The notes beneath the pieces were generated by a model that was not told the DNA's origin, ran no database searches, and was given only the letters and a program-made list of their open reading frames with translations. This document shows positions 12,691 through 25,284 of a stretch of 64,000 nt of DNA, piece after piece (position 1 is the first letter of the stretch; each line of letters opens with the position of its first letter). The DNA comes from Octopus sinensis. Its lineage: Eukaryota. The translations under genes were made by a program, and so were the position numbers. The stretch is taken from the NCBI RefSeq assembly GCF_006345805.1, contig NC_043002.1, positions 8,246,001 through 8,310,000 of the forward strand. Reading direction: 5' to 3'.

Positions 12691-12899
12691 TTAAACATGA
12701 AATATTGGCAATGAGTATGCTAAAGATTAAAAAAAACAATAACAACAAAAAACATCACTTATTAGTCAAATGGTGCATAGTTTCAGTTTTAGGCTATGAA
12801 CTGGATGGAGCATAGAGCTTCCTCAAGGTAAGACACCAGTAATTTTACAAGCACATTCCTAAATGATTTGAAAGGCCAATATAGAAAAAATGTTCTATG

Positions 12900-13200
12900 T
12901 TGAAATGATGGAGATTTTTGCCAATGACGAGTTAAAAAAATTGCAAGAAACATCTGTTTTAAAATTTTTTTCTGAGAAACTTGTGTATGACAAAAGATGT
13001 TACAGTTATTCAAGCCCAAACAATTTTAATATATTTCAAAATCAAAATCTTCATTAACATACAAAGATTTTAAGCCTTTTTTTCAGAAAATGGCAAATTG
13101 GAAGAACAAGAAGGGGAAGCCAAAAGTATTTCACATCCTGACTTGCAGATATACATAAAACTCATTGAAAAATTAAGGTGATATTTTAAAATATGTTTTG
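12900..13200 (+). mobile_element. Probable hAT transposase fragment
   Basis: DLQIYIKLIEKLR*YFKICFE resembles the 'L..Y..HL..L..DF..RF.D' segment of Charlie-type transposases; identified from memory of the family. Confidence 0.4.
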
Positions 13201-13204
13201 AGAG

Positions 13205-13522
13205 CCGATACCAGTGCCAGTGGCACATAAAAGAACCATTCGAACATGGCCGTTGCCAGTGCCGCCTCAACTGGCTTCCGTGCCAGTGGCACATAAAAAC
13301 CACCAACCGATTGTAGCCGCTGCCAGCCTCGCCTAGCACCTGTGCCGGTGGCACGTAAAAAGCACCCACAAAACTCACGAAGTAGTTGGCGTTAGGAAGG
13401 GCATCCAGCTGTATAAACACTGCCAGATCAGACTGGGCCTGGTGCAGCCTCCTGGCTTCCCAGACCCCGGTCGAACCATCCAACCCATGCTAGCATGGAA
13501 AGCGGACGTTAAACGATGATGA
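13205..13522 (+). mobile_element. RTE 3' UTR copy
   Basis: Array units, then GTTGGCGTTAGGAAGGGCATCC..CCATGCTAGCATGGAAAGCGGACGTTAAACGATGATG. Confidence 0.9.
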
Positions 13523-14308
13523 ATATGACTGACTGGATTGTTACATCATTTGATTTGGAATCAGAGAATTCAGGCATTGCATCTTATAAGATGAACTCAT
13601 TGGTAGGTGTGTGGGAATCTTAAAACTAAACCACTGTTCAATAGTATCCTTCACAACAACTATTTAACTGTTTTTAATGCTGGCATAAGGTCAAAAATTG
13701 GGGGAAGGATTAGCCAATTAAATCAAACCCAGTTCTTAACTGGTACTTTATTGACTCCAAGGGACGAGGGATAAAGTTGATTTTTACAGGTGTAAAGATT
13801 TGAACCCCAAATGTGGAATTACCAGTTCACTATCAAGAATGAACCACACCATTTTCATCTCAAATATTCTTGAAATTCTTGCCCTTTTCCCCTAGTTAAG
13901 CAGTTTAGCACCTAAATCATCACAGCGAGTTGTTGACACCCAAAGGATACACATGCCTCACCTCTCACCATAAGTCAGACCAGGAGAGAGTGCTGTTGAC
14001 ATTTCAAACAGGGCCTATCTCTGCCCTCACCAAGCAAATCAAGGACAACTCTTCAACCAATTTATGTTCTCTCATCTACAAAATAACCAATGGCTGAACA
14101 AATACAGTTAAGTTGATCTTTACATCTTAGTCTCATTACCTGTGAGGTTTGATAATTTATGTGTAGCCATGCTTAACCTTCTCCTTATAAAATCTGTTGT
14201 TAAATGTTCATGGGTTTGCTTTTGTTGTAATATATGCAGCTAGCCTAATCTCATGTCCAATTAATACAGCAGCAACATCAACTATCACAATGATACAATA
14301 CCTTCACA

Positions 14309-14413
14309 CTCGAGGCGGTCGAAAAAGCCAGCTTCTATATATGGCTGAAGCGAGAAGACCAAAAATGGCTTGAAAGTCATAACATACTGGCGGGAAATAA
14401 CATCACTCGGTGA
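14309..14413 (+). mobile_element. Possible C-terminus of an RLE-type (HERO-like) non-LTR retrotransposon
   Basis: LEAVEKASFYIWLKREDQKW resembles the 'AEKAS.WLWLKR.D..W' terminus I recall for HERO-group elements. Short match only. Confidence 0.5.
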
Positions 14414-14597
14414 GACAAGCTGACACTGAATCAGCTTCGCTGACTGACAGGTGACGGTCGTTTAGAGAATGTGCGGGCTAAGGCTACACGCCTTCACTAG
14501 TCAGTTAAGGTGAGACAGTGTCATGGGACAACTTGCTGGAGCCTAGCGGCAGGTATTTAAAGGGAAAACTTTGACAAGTCAGTCAGTCACTGGTTGA

Positions 14598-14825
14598 CAC
14601 TCGCTGACGTTACATCGAAGAGGCCAGGGAACAGAAGAAAGGAGAAGACATGCACCCAACACCAGAGCTGAAGACACCTCCGAAAGGACGGGGCCCTGCC
14701 ATGTCAAAATGGTAGAGGAGTAGGGGCCGAAACCAGACGTAGTTCCTCCTGATGATGTTTTGAGCTAACTAGATCCTATAAAGGAGCTGTTGTGGTAGCA
14801 GACCACAAAACACGATTGTAATTCC
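14598..14825 (+). repeat. Unclassified interspersed repeat (second copy inverted at 59460-59682)
   Basis: Collinear match, e.g. CATCGAAGAGGCCAGGGAACAGAAGAAAG..AAAATGGTAGAGGAGTAGGGGCCGAAACC..GTTGTGGTAGCAGACCAC. Confidence 0.85.
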
Positions 14826-15239
14826 TCCATTTGTGACCCACAATTAAGCCAAATCTTTTTCACAACAACACAAAAAAGGAAGGCATACACTGGCCAAGAA
14901 AAATCTGGCAATTATAGCACTAACATTCTTAAAGCTTGAGGATGGTGATACAATTTCCCTGCTCCACAGAGTTTTCCTTTTTGTTTGTTACTAAAAGTGA
15001 CTGAGTGCTGTTCAATATCTAGTGAAATAAATAGCAATTTCCTTCAGAACAGAACTCTCATTATTATATTTTTAACAATCTCTGAAGAATCTACTCTCCA
15101 ACATAAAATTGGATGCAAGACAGAGGCAAACAACACTGCATCGCAGCTAAAATAGATTAGAGGAAGGGGGTTAAAAGAAATAAAATGGGTAAGCGGGGCA
15201 AAATGAGTAATTTCTGATTTTTCCATATTTTGTTATTAT

Positions 15240-15425
15240 TATTATTATCATTGTTTGATGTCCATTTTCCATGCTGGCATGAGTTGGACAGTTTGATTGA
15301 GGTCTGGAGTGTCAGCAGCTGCACCAGGCTCCAGTTTTGATCTGGCAGAGTTTCTACAGCTGGATGCCCTTCCTAACACCAACCACTCCGAGTGTGTAGT
15401 GGGTGCATTTTATGTGCTACCGGCA
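15240..15425 (-). mobile_element. RTE 3' UTR copy (short, diverged)
   Basis: Same terminal motifs. Confidence 0.8.
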
Positions 15426-15699
15426 CATTTGTAACTATTGTATTGTATCATCATTTTGAACTGTTGTATCGTCTTTGGGAGTCAAAAGTGGTTGGCATAA
15501 TTGATGTTGAAATTGGAAGAGTTTGAAACACAGTTGGGTGACAGGTACCTTTTTTCAAGAAATTTTTACCTGATTGTAATTGAGGTTGCTTATAAAATAT
15601 TTGGATAATTTTTGGTGCTTCAAAAATTTTGGTGTTTCAAAATCCTTTTCTCTGATGGATTCCAAGTCAATTATTTTCCTACATTAACGTCTAATTTGA

Positions 15700-17030
15700 T
15701 CATTTTTAATTTTCAAAAAATAATATATTTTTTTACGGAGATGTACTTGCATAGCAAGTGACTTGATCTGAGACTGCGTGCTGAAATAAAAAAAATTGCA
15801 GCATGGAAGGTGTTTATAAGCCATTTAAAAAATACTTCTCCCGCTTGCTTCTTTTTTTTCTGTTGTCCTTTTCCTCCATCACACTACAATTAGCCTTATA
15901 CAACACTAATTTCAAAATGAAGATAGTGATAAATGATTTGCAATCAACAAGAGTTTTTCTGTTTCCTTGCAATAACTTATTCAAATCATTTAATTTTGTG
16001 AATATAGCACTAAGAAAAATGATATTGCACCTTGCAGCGATCAATGAAGCGGATAGTGGAGTATCTCCAAAGAAAGATATGATTATATGAAATAGTTCTA
16101 CAAAGCATAAAACACAGTTTCCTTTTGACAACCATGGTATGGTATAAGAGTTTAGTGTGGTCCTCATCATTTCTCAGATTTGATGGAAAATTCGCTCAGA
16201 CAAGGGACTGGACTTCAATTTGTTGACAGTCTTAATAACTAACTGTAGCGCATCATTCAACTGACTGTTCATATTTTTTGCCACTTAATGCTGCCAGCGT
16301 GCCAAGCAATGAACAGTTAGTATCTGGTGGGAAATTTCACACTTTAGGAGAGATGAAAAACCCCTGTATCTTCCTGTCATCGAAGGGGCTACATCAGACA
16401 CACAGGCAAGAATATTACTGAATGGGATATTATGTTCAAAAAGGAAAGACTTGAGAGTGTGAAAAATGGTTGCACCTCTAGAAACAAGCGACAATTTCTG
16501 TGAACAGCATTTCCTCAGAAGGTTGAAGGTCTTCGCTGAAGTACTGAACATATACCATCATCAAACATTCTTTTCTACTCTAGGCTCAAGGCCTGACATT
16601 TTAGAGGAGGATTCCAGTCGATTAGATCGACTCCAGTACGCAACTGGTACTTAATTTATCGACCCAGTAAAGATGAAAGGCAAAGTTGACCTCGGCGGAG
16701 TTTGAACTCAGAACGTAAAGCCAGATGAAACACTGCTAAGCATTTCACTCAGCGTGCTAACGTTTCTGCCAGCTCGTCACCATCATCAAACATTGATTGT
16801 CCACAATGTCCACAACAGTTGACTCATCCACTTGTATAGAAAATTCAGAACGCTGGAGAATATTAATGAGCTGATGTTTGATATTGTTGGCCATTTCATT
16901 GATGCTTTGAGAAATTGTGTTATTACTAAGAGGGATCTTCTTCATAATGTTATTGGGTTTTTCGTGCATAACGGTTAACAAAACCTCTTCGATAACTGGG
17001 CAAAGTAACTGGATACATTTCAAGAAAGTG
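15700..17030 (-). mobile_element. hAT (Charlie/ZBED5-SCAND3-like) transposase fossil
   Basis: IPLSNNTISQSINEMA..FSIQVDEST (16757-17023), SDVAPSMTGRYRGF..TVHC (16285-16551) and LNDLNKLLQG..LVDCK (15814-16170). Frameshifts and a SINE insertion are present. Confidence 0.85.
16570..16778 (-). mobile_element. SINE family B inserted in the hAT fossil
   Basis: Full head and core; 16-bp TSD ACCATCATCAAACATT (16554-16569 / 16779-16794). Confidence 0.92.
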
Positions 17031-17049
17031 TTTTTTTTATATATGGGGG

Positions 17050-17760
17050 GTTAGGGTTAGGGGTGAGAGAAAAGGGTCTCTGTTATCTTCAGAAATGTAA
17101 ACAAAGCCACTTCCGGTACTTACGGTACCTATACCGAAGGATCGCTGGAAGCACGTGTGGTCAGTTCGAGCAGAGACGAAAGGTGTGTCTATTTCGTGAG
17201 AGTGACCGCTCATTCTGCCGAGGTCAACAGGTAGGCCTTTTGTATATATTTCTCCCGTTTGCTTCTTTTTGCATCAGTAAAGTGAAAATGTCCAAACGAA
17301 TTTCTACAGATGGCGTCAGAAAGGCAGTATGGTATTCCCAGTAGAACAGAGTCAGATGACATGTCTTTACTAGAGCAAATACCGCCAGCATTTCAAAACT
17401 TAAAGTTTATCGAAAATTTTAAAATTTGGCACATTCATGTACCTTTCCAAGCTAAATTGCTGGAGTTATTCCACTTTTTCCAGAAAAATGTTTTTAAAAA
17501 GTTATAGAGGTTTAAAGTTTGGTCATTTTCACCCAGTCAAGAAATAAGTTTTCAAAGATGTCGTTTTGTGCTCGACTGCATATTTTGTCAACATGCTGAA
17601 AACAGCACTTGTATTTTGATATGAAACCACAGAATTATGCACGACATATAACCCCTTATACCTTTGTTTTTCGGAGTTTTCAGGAATTTTTTGCGTATTT
17701 GAATTCTACACATGGGACTTCATACAATTATCCCCCACCCCAAAATTTGTAATGGAGTGT
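17050..17760. other. CpG-rich unclassified segment, probably a DNA-transposon fragment
   Basis: Locally CpG-rich, no convincing ORF, lies between the hAT fossil and a CR1 copy. No TIR or TSD identified. Confidence 0.3.
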
Positions 17761-17862
17761 GATTTAAGGCCTAGGCCTATTTAGCTGTTATTTTTAGCAC
17801 ACTTGACAACCATCTCAATGACTGCAACAAAATTATTCGATCGATAATTAAGTCAACGTTTT

Positions 17863-18415
17863 TAATACAAAGGGACATCTCTAATCGTCTTGAAGCCGTT
17901 CAGCGACGTGCAACCAAGAGAATACCCTCCATCAGGCATTGGCCATATTCTGAACGCCTTACTTCCCTGGGCATGGACACTTTGAAACTCCGACGTCTGG
18001 CAGCTGACTTGGCAGACACCCATAAAATTATCAACCAACAATAACTCAGAGCACCTTTTCAAACTCCACCCGTCTAACACCCGTGGACATGTTTACAAAG
18101 TCAGAAAACAGCACAGCTCCAATGACTTTCAGAAACATTTTTTCACACTAAGAGTTGCTGAAGCATGGAACAAACTGCCGGCATCAGTTGTTAGTTGTCG
18201 GAGCACTGCATCCTTCAAAACTTCCATGCTTCCTGAGATTCCCCAACATTACACCTGATTTTCTCCCCTCCATACGCACACAAGCATGTATCTGACTCAT
18301 ACAATGTTCACTTTCCAGACATTTGTACATTACTGCATATACTTTAAACGCACTTTTGACAAGTTGTGGTGCACCTGAGCACGGTATACAATAATCTCAT
18401 TATTATTATTATTAT
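17863..18415 (+). mobile_element. CR1/L2-group LINE 3' end, same family as 11.6-12.3 kb
   Basis: CAGCGACGTGCAACCAAG..AACACCCGTGGACAT..GCATGGAACAAACTGCC, then GTGCACCTGAGCAC and (ATT)n. Confidence 0.9.
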
Positions 18416-18907
18416 ATGCCAGTAGTCAAATCGATAAAAGTGCATCCTTATTCTAGGCATGCCTAGTTATCAGTAAATGCAGACTTAATTTCTAAACATT
18501 CATTGTCACCCACCAAAATCTCAAGTCGCCCACTTTGGGAAGCTATGCGTTAATGTGCCACAGTAACATATTGAGATATACCCTGCTTTATGTTTCCTCT
18601 GTTACCATTGTTATTGCATGTACTTGACGTGACCGTAAATCCAATCTCAAATGCTATTTATAATACAATTTGTTAGTGGTGGTGGTGGAAGAAGTAATAG
18701 AAGAGGTGTGTTAGTAATAGCAGTAGTGGCGGTGGTGGTGATACGCCGTCTTGATGTTGTTTAGCCCCGGGTTAACTTAGATTAAGTGGATCTATGATCA
18801 AAAGCATTCCAACCAACTATAATCCTCTTACCCCTTTTTAGGGGCATATCTAACACTATATTATCTACCTGTAATATGTACTTCTTTTTTTGTCATAGAT
18901 TACTCTC

Positions 18908-19093
18908 TCTTTTACTTGTTTCAGTCATTTGACTGCGGCCATGCTGGAGCACCGCCTTTAGTCGAGCAAATCGACCCCGGGACTTATTCTTTGTAAGCCC
19001 AGTACTTATTCTATCGGTCTCTTTTGCCGAACCGCTAGGTGACGGGGACGTAAACACACCAGCATCGGTTGTCAAGCAATGCTAGGGGGACAA

Positions 19094-19168
<75 letters not shown>

Positions 19169-19330
19169 TACGACAGGCTTCTTTCAGTTTCCGTCTACCA
19201 AATCCACTCGCAAGGCATTGGTCGGCCCGGGGCTATAGCAGAAGACACTTGCCCAAGATGCCACGCAGTGGGACTGAACCCGGAACCATGTGGTTGGTTA
19301 GCAAGCTACTTACCACACAGCCACTCCTGT
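18908..19330 (-). mobile_element. SINE family C with internal (CA)/(TA) microsatellite
   Basis: A box TGGCTGTGTGG, B box GGTTCAGTCCC, CORE-like CTTGGGCAAGTGTCTTC and tail CAGCATGGCCGCAGTCAAATGACTGAAACAAGTAAAAG. Confidence 0.92.
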
Positions 19331-20068
19331 GCCTGGGTATGTTTTGGGTATGTTTTGGAAGAAATTTAGCTGCTATTTCTAGAGTCTCTCTTTTTAGCAT
19401 GAGTAGTCATTGCAGTTAACATTGTTGTTAGCTCAGATCAAACCCATTTGAACCGAGCCGTGATCTGAGGCAGTTCAGCCATGACCAGCACATTCCTTAT
19501 AGGAATAGGAATATTCTTTTATGTTCATCAGTCATAGAACTGTGATCATGCTGGGGTCTCTGCCTCAAAGAGTTTAGTTATTCATAATTGATTCCACTGA
19601 TTATTTTGAAGTCGGATTCTTTTTCCTGTTGGTGTCTTTTGCCAAAGTGCTATTTCATGGGGATCAAAAACAATCCAGTACCCTTTGTCAAGCAGTGATA
19701 CATAAACACAAGCACACACACACACACACACTGACCCACACACATGTATAGGCATGCACACACACACACACTGCTATGCCTTTCTCTATCTATTTATAGA
19801 CAGACAGACTGACAGTGAATTTTTAAGGTTAATGTACTTTTTCACAATTACTTCTATGAACTCTACCTGGATTCAGTTTTCTACCAAATTATATGCAGTT
19901 AAGTTCATTGTGTGTGTGCGCGCGTGTATGTATGCATACACAAAAATTTCAGTAAGATCTGAGTAAAGTAGTTTTGGGTTCAGCATCATCATCAACATTT
20001 AACATCCATGTTCCATGCTGGCATGAGTTGGTCATGGTAATTAGACAGAAGTCTAATTACCATGTTAA

Positions 20069-20478
20069 GGCGGCAATCTGGTAGAATCGTCAGCACGCCA
20101 GACGAAATGCGTAGCCGTATTTCGTCTGCCGTTACGTTCTGAGTTCAAATTCTGTCGAGGTCGACTTTGCCTTTCATCCTTTCGGGGTCGATAAATTAAG
20201 TACCAGTTACGCCCTTGGGTCGATATAATCGACTTAATCCCTTTGTCTGTCCTTGTTTGTCTGTGTTTAGCCCCTTGTGGGTAGTAAAGAAATAGGTATC
20301 TCGTCTGTCACTACGTTCTGAGTTCAAATTCCGCTGAGGTCGACTTTGCCTTTCATCCTTTTGGGGTCGATAAATTAAGTACCATTTACGCACTGGGGTC
20401 GATGTAATTGACTTAATCCGTTTGTCTGTCCTTGTTTGTCCCCTCTGTGTTTAGCCCCTTGTAGGCAGTAAAGAAATA
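20069..20478 (+). mobile_element. SINE family B, tandem dimer
   Basis: Head plus two core units; 16-bp TSD GGTAATTAGACAGAAG (20036-20051 / 20479-20494). Confidence 0.9.
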
Positions 20479-21079
20479 GGTAATTAGACAGAAGGTAAGA
20501 AGCAGGAACGTTGCATTCTGAGGCAGAATGACTCAACAACAGATAATGCCCATTTTTATGTATTAATGATTTCAAACAGTTATATTTTATAGATATATTT
20601 TTAATAATATATTATTATTATTAATATAAGGAAATCAATATCCAAACTCTTCATAAAGATATACCCATGTGAGAGAACTTATTGTATTAAAAATATATAT
20701 AAAATAAATAAATATAAGTATAATGTATAAAATAAATTTGATCGTTTAAAAGTTTTGAATTCATTTTTTAAGCATCTTACAATCGTTTCGCAGAAGAGTT
20801 GTCCCTATAATGAAATCCTGTATTGATAAGCATTTATAGATAACTCTTCTACTCTTCAGAGATATAAAATATGAATATTGTATAATATATCGAATGACAG
20901 TTTTGTTTTAAATTTGAAGTAAAATTGTGTTATATTTTATATATGTACAAATGAATTAATCATACTGACAAACATATTTGCTGGCATGTATATAATATCT
21001 AAAGCTTTACAATGCTATAAAACATGCTACAAAGGCAAAGACAGAAATAATTACAGGGATATCAAATGATGAAAGTTAT

Positions 21080-22250
21080 GAAGAGGGTCATGGCCCAACT
21101 AATTAGGAAGATGAGATGCAGATTGGTTTTGTGCCAGGGAGAAACATCACTCATGCTATATTTCTTGTGAGATAGTTGCAGAAGTACCTAGCAAAAATCA
21201 ACCTCTGTACTTGACTTTTGTTGACATGGAGAAAGCCTTTGATATGGTACTCCATTCCCTTATATGGCAGTCATTGCAGAAACTATGGATAGAGGAGTGG
21301 CTGGTGAGAGCTGTACAAGTCATGTTCAGTGATGCTATCAATAAGGTGAGGGTTGGCAATGAGTATAGCAATGAATTCAGTGTACATATATATATGATCT
21401 CCAAGGATCAGTCCTCAGTCCCCTTTTGTTCATCATAGTCTTCCAGGCAATAACAGAGGAATTCAAGATGAGATGCCCCTAGGAGCTCCTCTATACCTTT
21501 GTAGCTGAATCACTACCAGAACTGGAGGAAAAATTTCAGGTGTAGAAGCAAGGTCTGAAATCAAAGGGCCTTAAAGTTAATTTAGCAAAAACCAAAGTCT
21601 TAATTAGTAGGAAAGCAGACAATTCACAAATTCCTCCAGATAGATGGTCCTGCTTGATCTGTAGAAAAGGCATAGGTAGAAAGGTGTACCCAGTGCAAGT
21701 TATGGACACATAAGAGGTGCAGCAATATCAGAGGAATGTTAACAGGGAAGATAATCTTTGTGTGTCAGATGCACAGGTACAATAAACACTTGAAATACAC
21801 AGAAAATAGATTCCATCAAATGCCAGTAGTTGATAGCTTTCTTTATTTTGGTGGCCAAGTCAGCAGTGGAGGTAGATAAGAATAGGCTGGGCAAAGTTCA
21901 GAGAGCTTCTACCTTTGTTGGCAACAAAGAGCCTCTCCCTCAGAGCAAAGGGCAGATGATGCTTATTTGTGAACAGCCATGCTACATGGCAGTGGAACAT
22001 GAGCTGTGACTGCAGAGGACATATAAAACTTGAAAGAAATGAATCTAGTATGCTCTACTGGATGTACATGTATGACAGAGTGTAAGTATCTTGAGAGAAA
22101 AATTGGGCATAAGAGGCATCAGGTGTGGTGTGAAAGAGAGATGACTGCTCTGGTATGGTCATGTGATGTGTATGGACGAGGACAGCTGCATAAAGAAGTG
22201 CTGATCTCTAACTGTGGAGGGAAGATGAGGAAGAGGTAGGGCCCAGGAAC
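21080..22250 (+). mobile_element. Decayed copy of the RTE family at 34.2-37.6 kb (RT region)
   Basis: Collinear nucleotide similarity to 35400-36660 (TTTGTGCCAGG, GACATGGAGAAAGCC, CAGCCATGCTACATGGCAGTG) with many stops and indels. Confidence 0.9.
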
Positions 22251-22487
22251 TATATTATTGATCGGATTATTCCCATCCTCAGGGATAAGTTCCAGCTTCC
22301 CCTATGAGATTCTACTGGGGACGTTATCATTTGGTTTGACTCTCTTACTGATAGACCTAATTTAGACTCTATTCAATTCTATATTTCGAATTATTACAAC
22401 TAGATGGTGAACAGAGTGTAATGAATATTGGAGGTGGCAGTGGTGTAAGTGTGTGTGGTGGAGTGGAGAGCCTAAGTGGAAGTCTTT

Positions 22488-22836
22488 GATCTTTTCACTT
22501 TGACCGGCAGATTTTTAAAATAATTTCTTTGTAACTAATCACTTTTAAACTTCGTATACTGGTAGAATGTGTTACATAAAACATCTTTCTCTCTTGGCAT
22601 CGCATTGACAAACAACCGCAGAAATTGTATTCACCTCAATAGACGTCATTGATTGGTTGAAATTGCCAAAATGCAAGAAATTTAACAAGAAATAGCTTAC
22701 AAACTACAGAATTTTCTCAAGAAAGCCAAGAGAAAAAGATGTTTTATGTAACACATTCTACCAGTATACGAAGTTTAAAAGTGTTTAGTTACAAAGAAAT
22801 TATTTTAAAAGTCTGCCGGTCAAAGTGAAAAGATCC
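22488..22836. mobile_element. Long-TIR MITE (Mutator-like) with ~9-bp TSD
   Basis: About 115-bp inverted arms (GATCTTTTCACTTTGACCGGCAGA / TCTGCCGGTCAAAGTGAAAAGATCC). TSD GAAGTCTTT / GAAGTCCTT. The empty site is visible in the paralog near 23890. Confidence 0.85.
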
Positions 22837-23231
22837 GAAGTCCTTGATAAATATAGGGTACCATGATTTACCATAGCAACAACATTAGTCATGGGTCTAG
22901 CCAGACACTCTTCTATCCATTAACATATAAAGAAGGCTTTGATTTTCACTTATAAATTTGAGAGATCCCTAGTTCAGATAGAGATGTTATTTTAGGGGCA
23001 AGGGAGACCCTCATTTCCTTCAATGAGTGTAATTGGAGTAGGGCTGATTCCACCAATTTCTTTGATATTACTATTTTAGAAAAAGGAAATACTTTGAATT
23101 TAAGACGGTTCGTTATGGATGCAATTCTCTTGATCAAGGCTAATTTTCGGGTGCCTTTCTGTCGTAAATTTAAAATGACCTTGTCACTGATATTCGATAG
23201 ACAGAAACTGTGTCAGTGCCCAGCCTGTGTC

Positions 23232-23468
23232 TATATATGTGTGTGTGCATGCATGTGCATGTGCTTGCATTTGTGTGTGTGCACGCTTGCCTGTGTGTGT
23301 GCGCATGCCTGTGTGTATGTGCATGTATGTGTGTGCGCACGTGCATGTGTGTGCGCGTGTGTATGTGCATATGTGTGGGTGTGGGTGTGTGCGCACGTGT
23401 GTGTATGTGTGTACGTGTGTGTGTGTGTGTGTGTGTGCGTACATGTGTGTGCGTGTGTGTGTGTGTGT
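23232..23468. repeat. (TG)n/(TGCG)/(TGTA) compound microsatellite
   Basis: Directly visible. Confidence 0.95.
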
Positions 23469-24106
23469 ATAAGCCTGATGGAGAAGAAAATCAGTGCAAC
23501 AAACGAAAATATGTTGCTGCATTTAGTTGCATCTCAGAGTTGCATTTAGTCTTTTACACCAAAAATGACTTACCTGTTGTTTTCTTATGCGACTGATTCA
23601 AGTACAAACAGCCTGGGTGTCGTACTCTATAATTTGTTGAAAACTCTCGAGGCACCGGTCAAGAATGATAAAAAAAAAATCAGTAAAAAAGAATGAAAAA
23701 GTAAACAATAAAACTATCAGGTGAAAGGAGTATGGTGATGAATATTGGGTGGTGTCAGGTGAATTTTTAGTGTGACTTGCAAATATTAACCATTCTGAGA
23801 ACACCTGGTAGACATGTCATAGTGGTAGTGGTGGTGGCGCAGGTGGCAGTGGTGTAAGTGTGTGTGTGGTGGAGTGGAGAGCCGAAGTGGAAGTCTTTGA
23901 TAAATATAGGGTACCATGATTTACCATAGCAACAGCATTAGTCATGGGTGCAGCCAGACACTCTTCTATCCATTTAACATAATCATTTGCATAACTTAAA
24001 ATGCATGAATCCCATATAAATACACGCATTCATACCTACACACACACATCTATATCTATCTAACTATCTATCCATATCCCTTTATATATATATATGTGTA
24101 TGTATG

Positions 24107-24140
<34 letters not shown>

Positions 24141-24196
24141 TGTGTATGTGTGTATATAAATATATATATGTGTGTGTGTGTGTGTGTATATATATA

Positions 24197-24393
24197 TTCT
24201 TTTACTCTTTTACTTGTTTCAGTCATTTGACTGCGGCCATGCTGGAGCACCGCCTTTAGTCGAGCAACTCGACCCCGGGTCTTATTCTTTAGTAAGCCCG
24301 GTACTTATTCTATCGGTCTCTTTGCTGAACCGCTAAGTAACGGGGACATAAACACACCAGCATCGGTTGTCAAGCGATGCTGGGAGGGGACAA

Positions 24394-24438
<45 letters not shown>

Positions 24439-24613
24439 CATATGTATATACGACGGGCTTTTTTCAGTTTTCGTCTACCAAATCCACTCACAAGGCTTTG
24501 GTCAGCCCGAGGCTATAGTGGAAGAGACTTGCCCAAGGTTCCACACAGTCGGACTGAACCCGGAACCATGTGGTTGGTAAACAAGCTACTTACCACACAG
24601 CCACTTCTGCGCC
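24197..24613 (-). mobile_element. SINE family C, copy 1 of a tandem duplication
   Basis: Full element; near-identical to 24721-25133. Confidence 0.92.
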
Positions 24614-24622
24614 TATATATAT

Positions 24623-24664
<42 letters not shown>

Positions 24665-24720
24665 TGTGTATGTGTGTATATAAATATATATATGTGTGTG
24701 TGTGTGTGTGTATATATATA

Positions 24721-24925
24721 TTCTTTTACTCTTTTACTTGTTTCAGTCATTTGACTGCGGCCATGCTGGAGCACCGCCTTTAGTCGAGCAACTCGACCCC
24801 GGGTCTTATTCTTTAGTAAGCCCGGTACTTATTCTATCGGTCTCTTTGCTGAACCGCTAAGTAACGGGGACATAAACACACCAGCATCGGTTGTCAAGCG
24901 ATGCTGGGAGGGGACAAACACACAC

Positions 24926-24958
<33 letters not shown>

Positions 24959-25131
24959 CATATGTATATACGACGGGCTTTTTTCAGTTTTCGTCTACCA
25001 AATCCACTCACTAGGCTTTGGTCAGCCCGAGGCTATAGTGGAAGAGACTTGCCCAAGGTTCCACACAGTCGGACTGAACCCGGAACCATGTGGTTGGTAA
25101 ACAAGCTACTTACCACACAGCCACTTCTGCG

Positions 25132-25133
<2 letters not shown>
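24721..25133 (-). mobile_element. SINE family C, copy 2 of a tandem duplication
   Basis: Full element; offset 524 bp from copy 1. Confidence 0.92.
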
Positions 25134-25194
<61 letters not shown>

Positions 25195-25284
25195 TTAAAT
25201 TTAAAAATCAACATCGATTTCACACCAGTGGTCTAGCATATAAAAAAACTGAAGGTTCAGTAAAATTGTATTATATACATATTA

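Noticed and set aside
13087-13177. Plus-strand host exon (ENGKLEEQEGEAKSISHPDLQIYIKLIEKLR)
   Set aside because: Splice signals look plausible, but the read-through peptide resembles a Charlie-type hAT transposase segment, so it is more likely a TE fossil.
17045-17062. Telomeric TTAGGG repeat
   Set aside because: Only about two units; not significant.
23817-24029. 70-aa ORF with a proline-rich end as a real gene
   Set aside because: It overlaps a locally triplicated sequence whose differences are non-synonymous, and its tail comes from a (GGT)-rich simple repeat.
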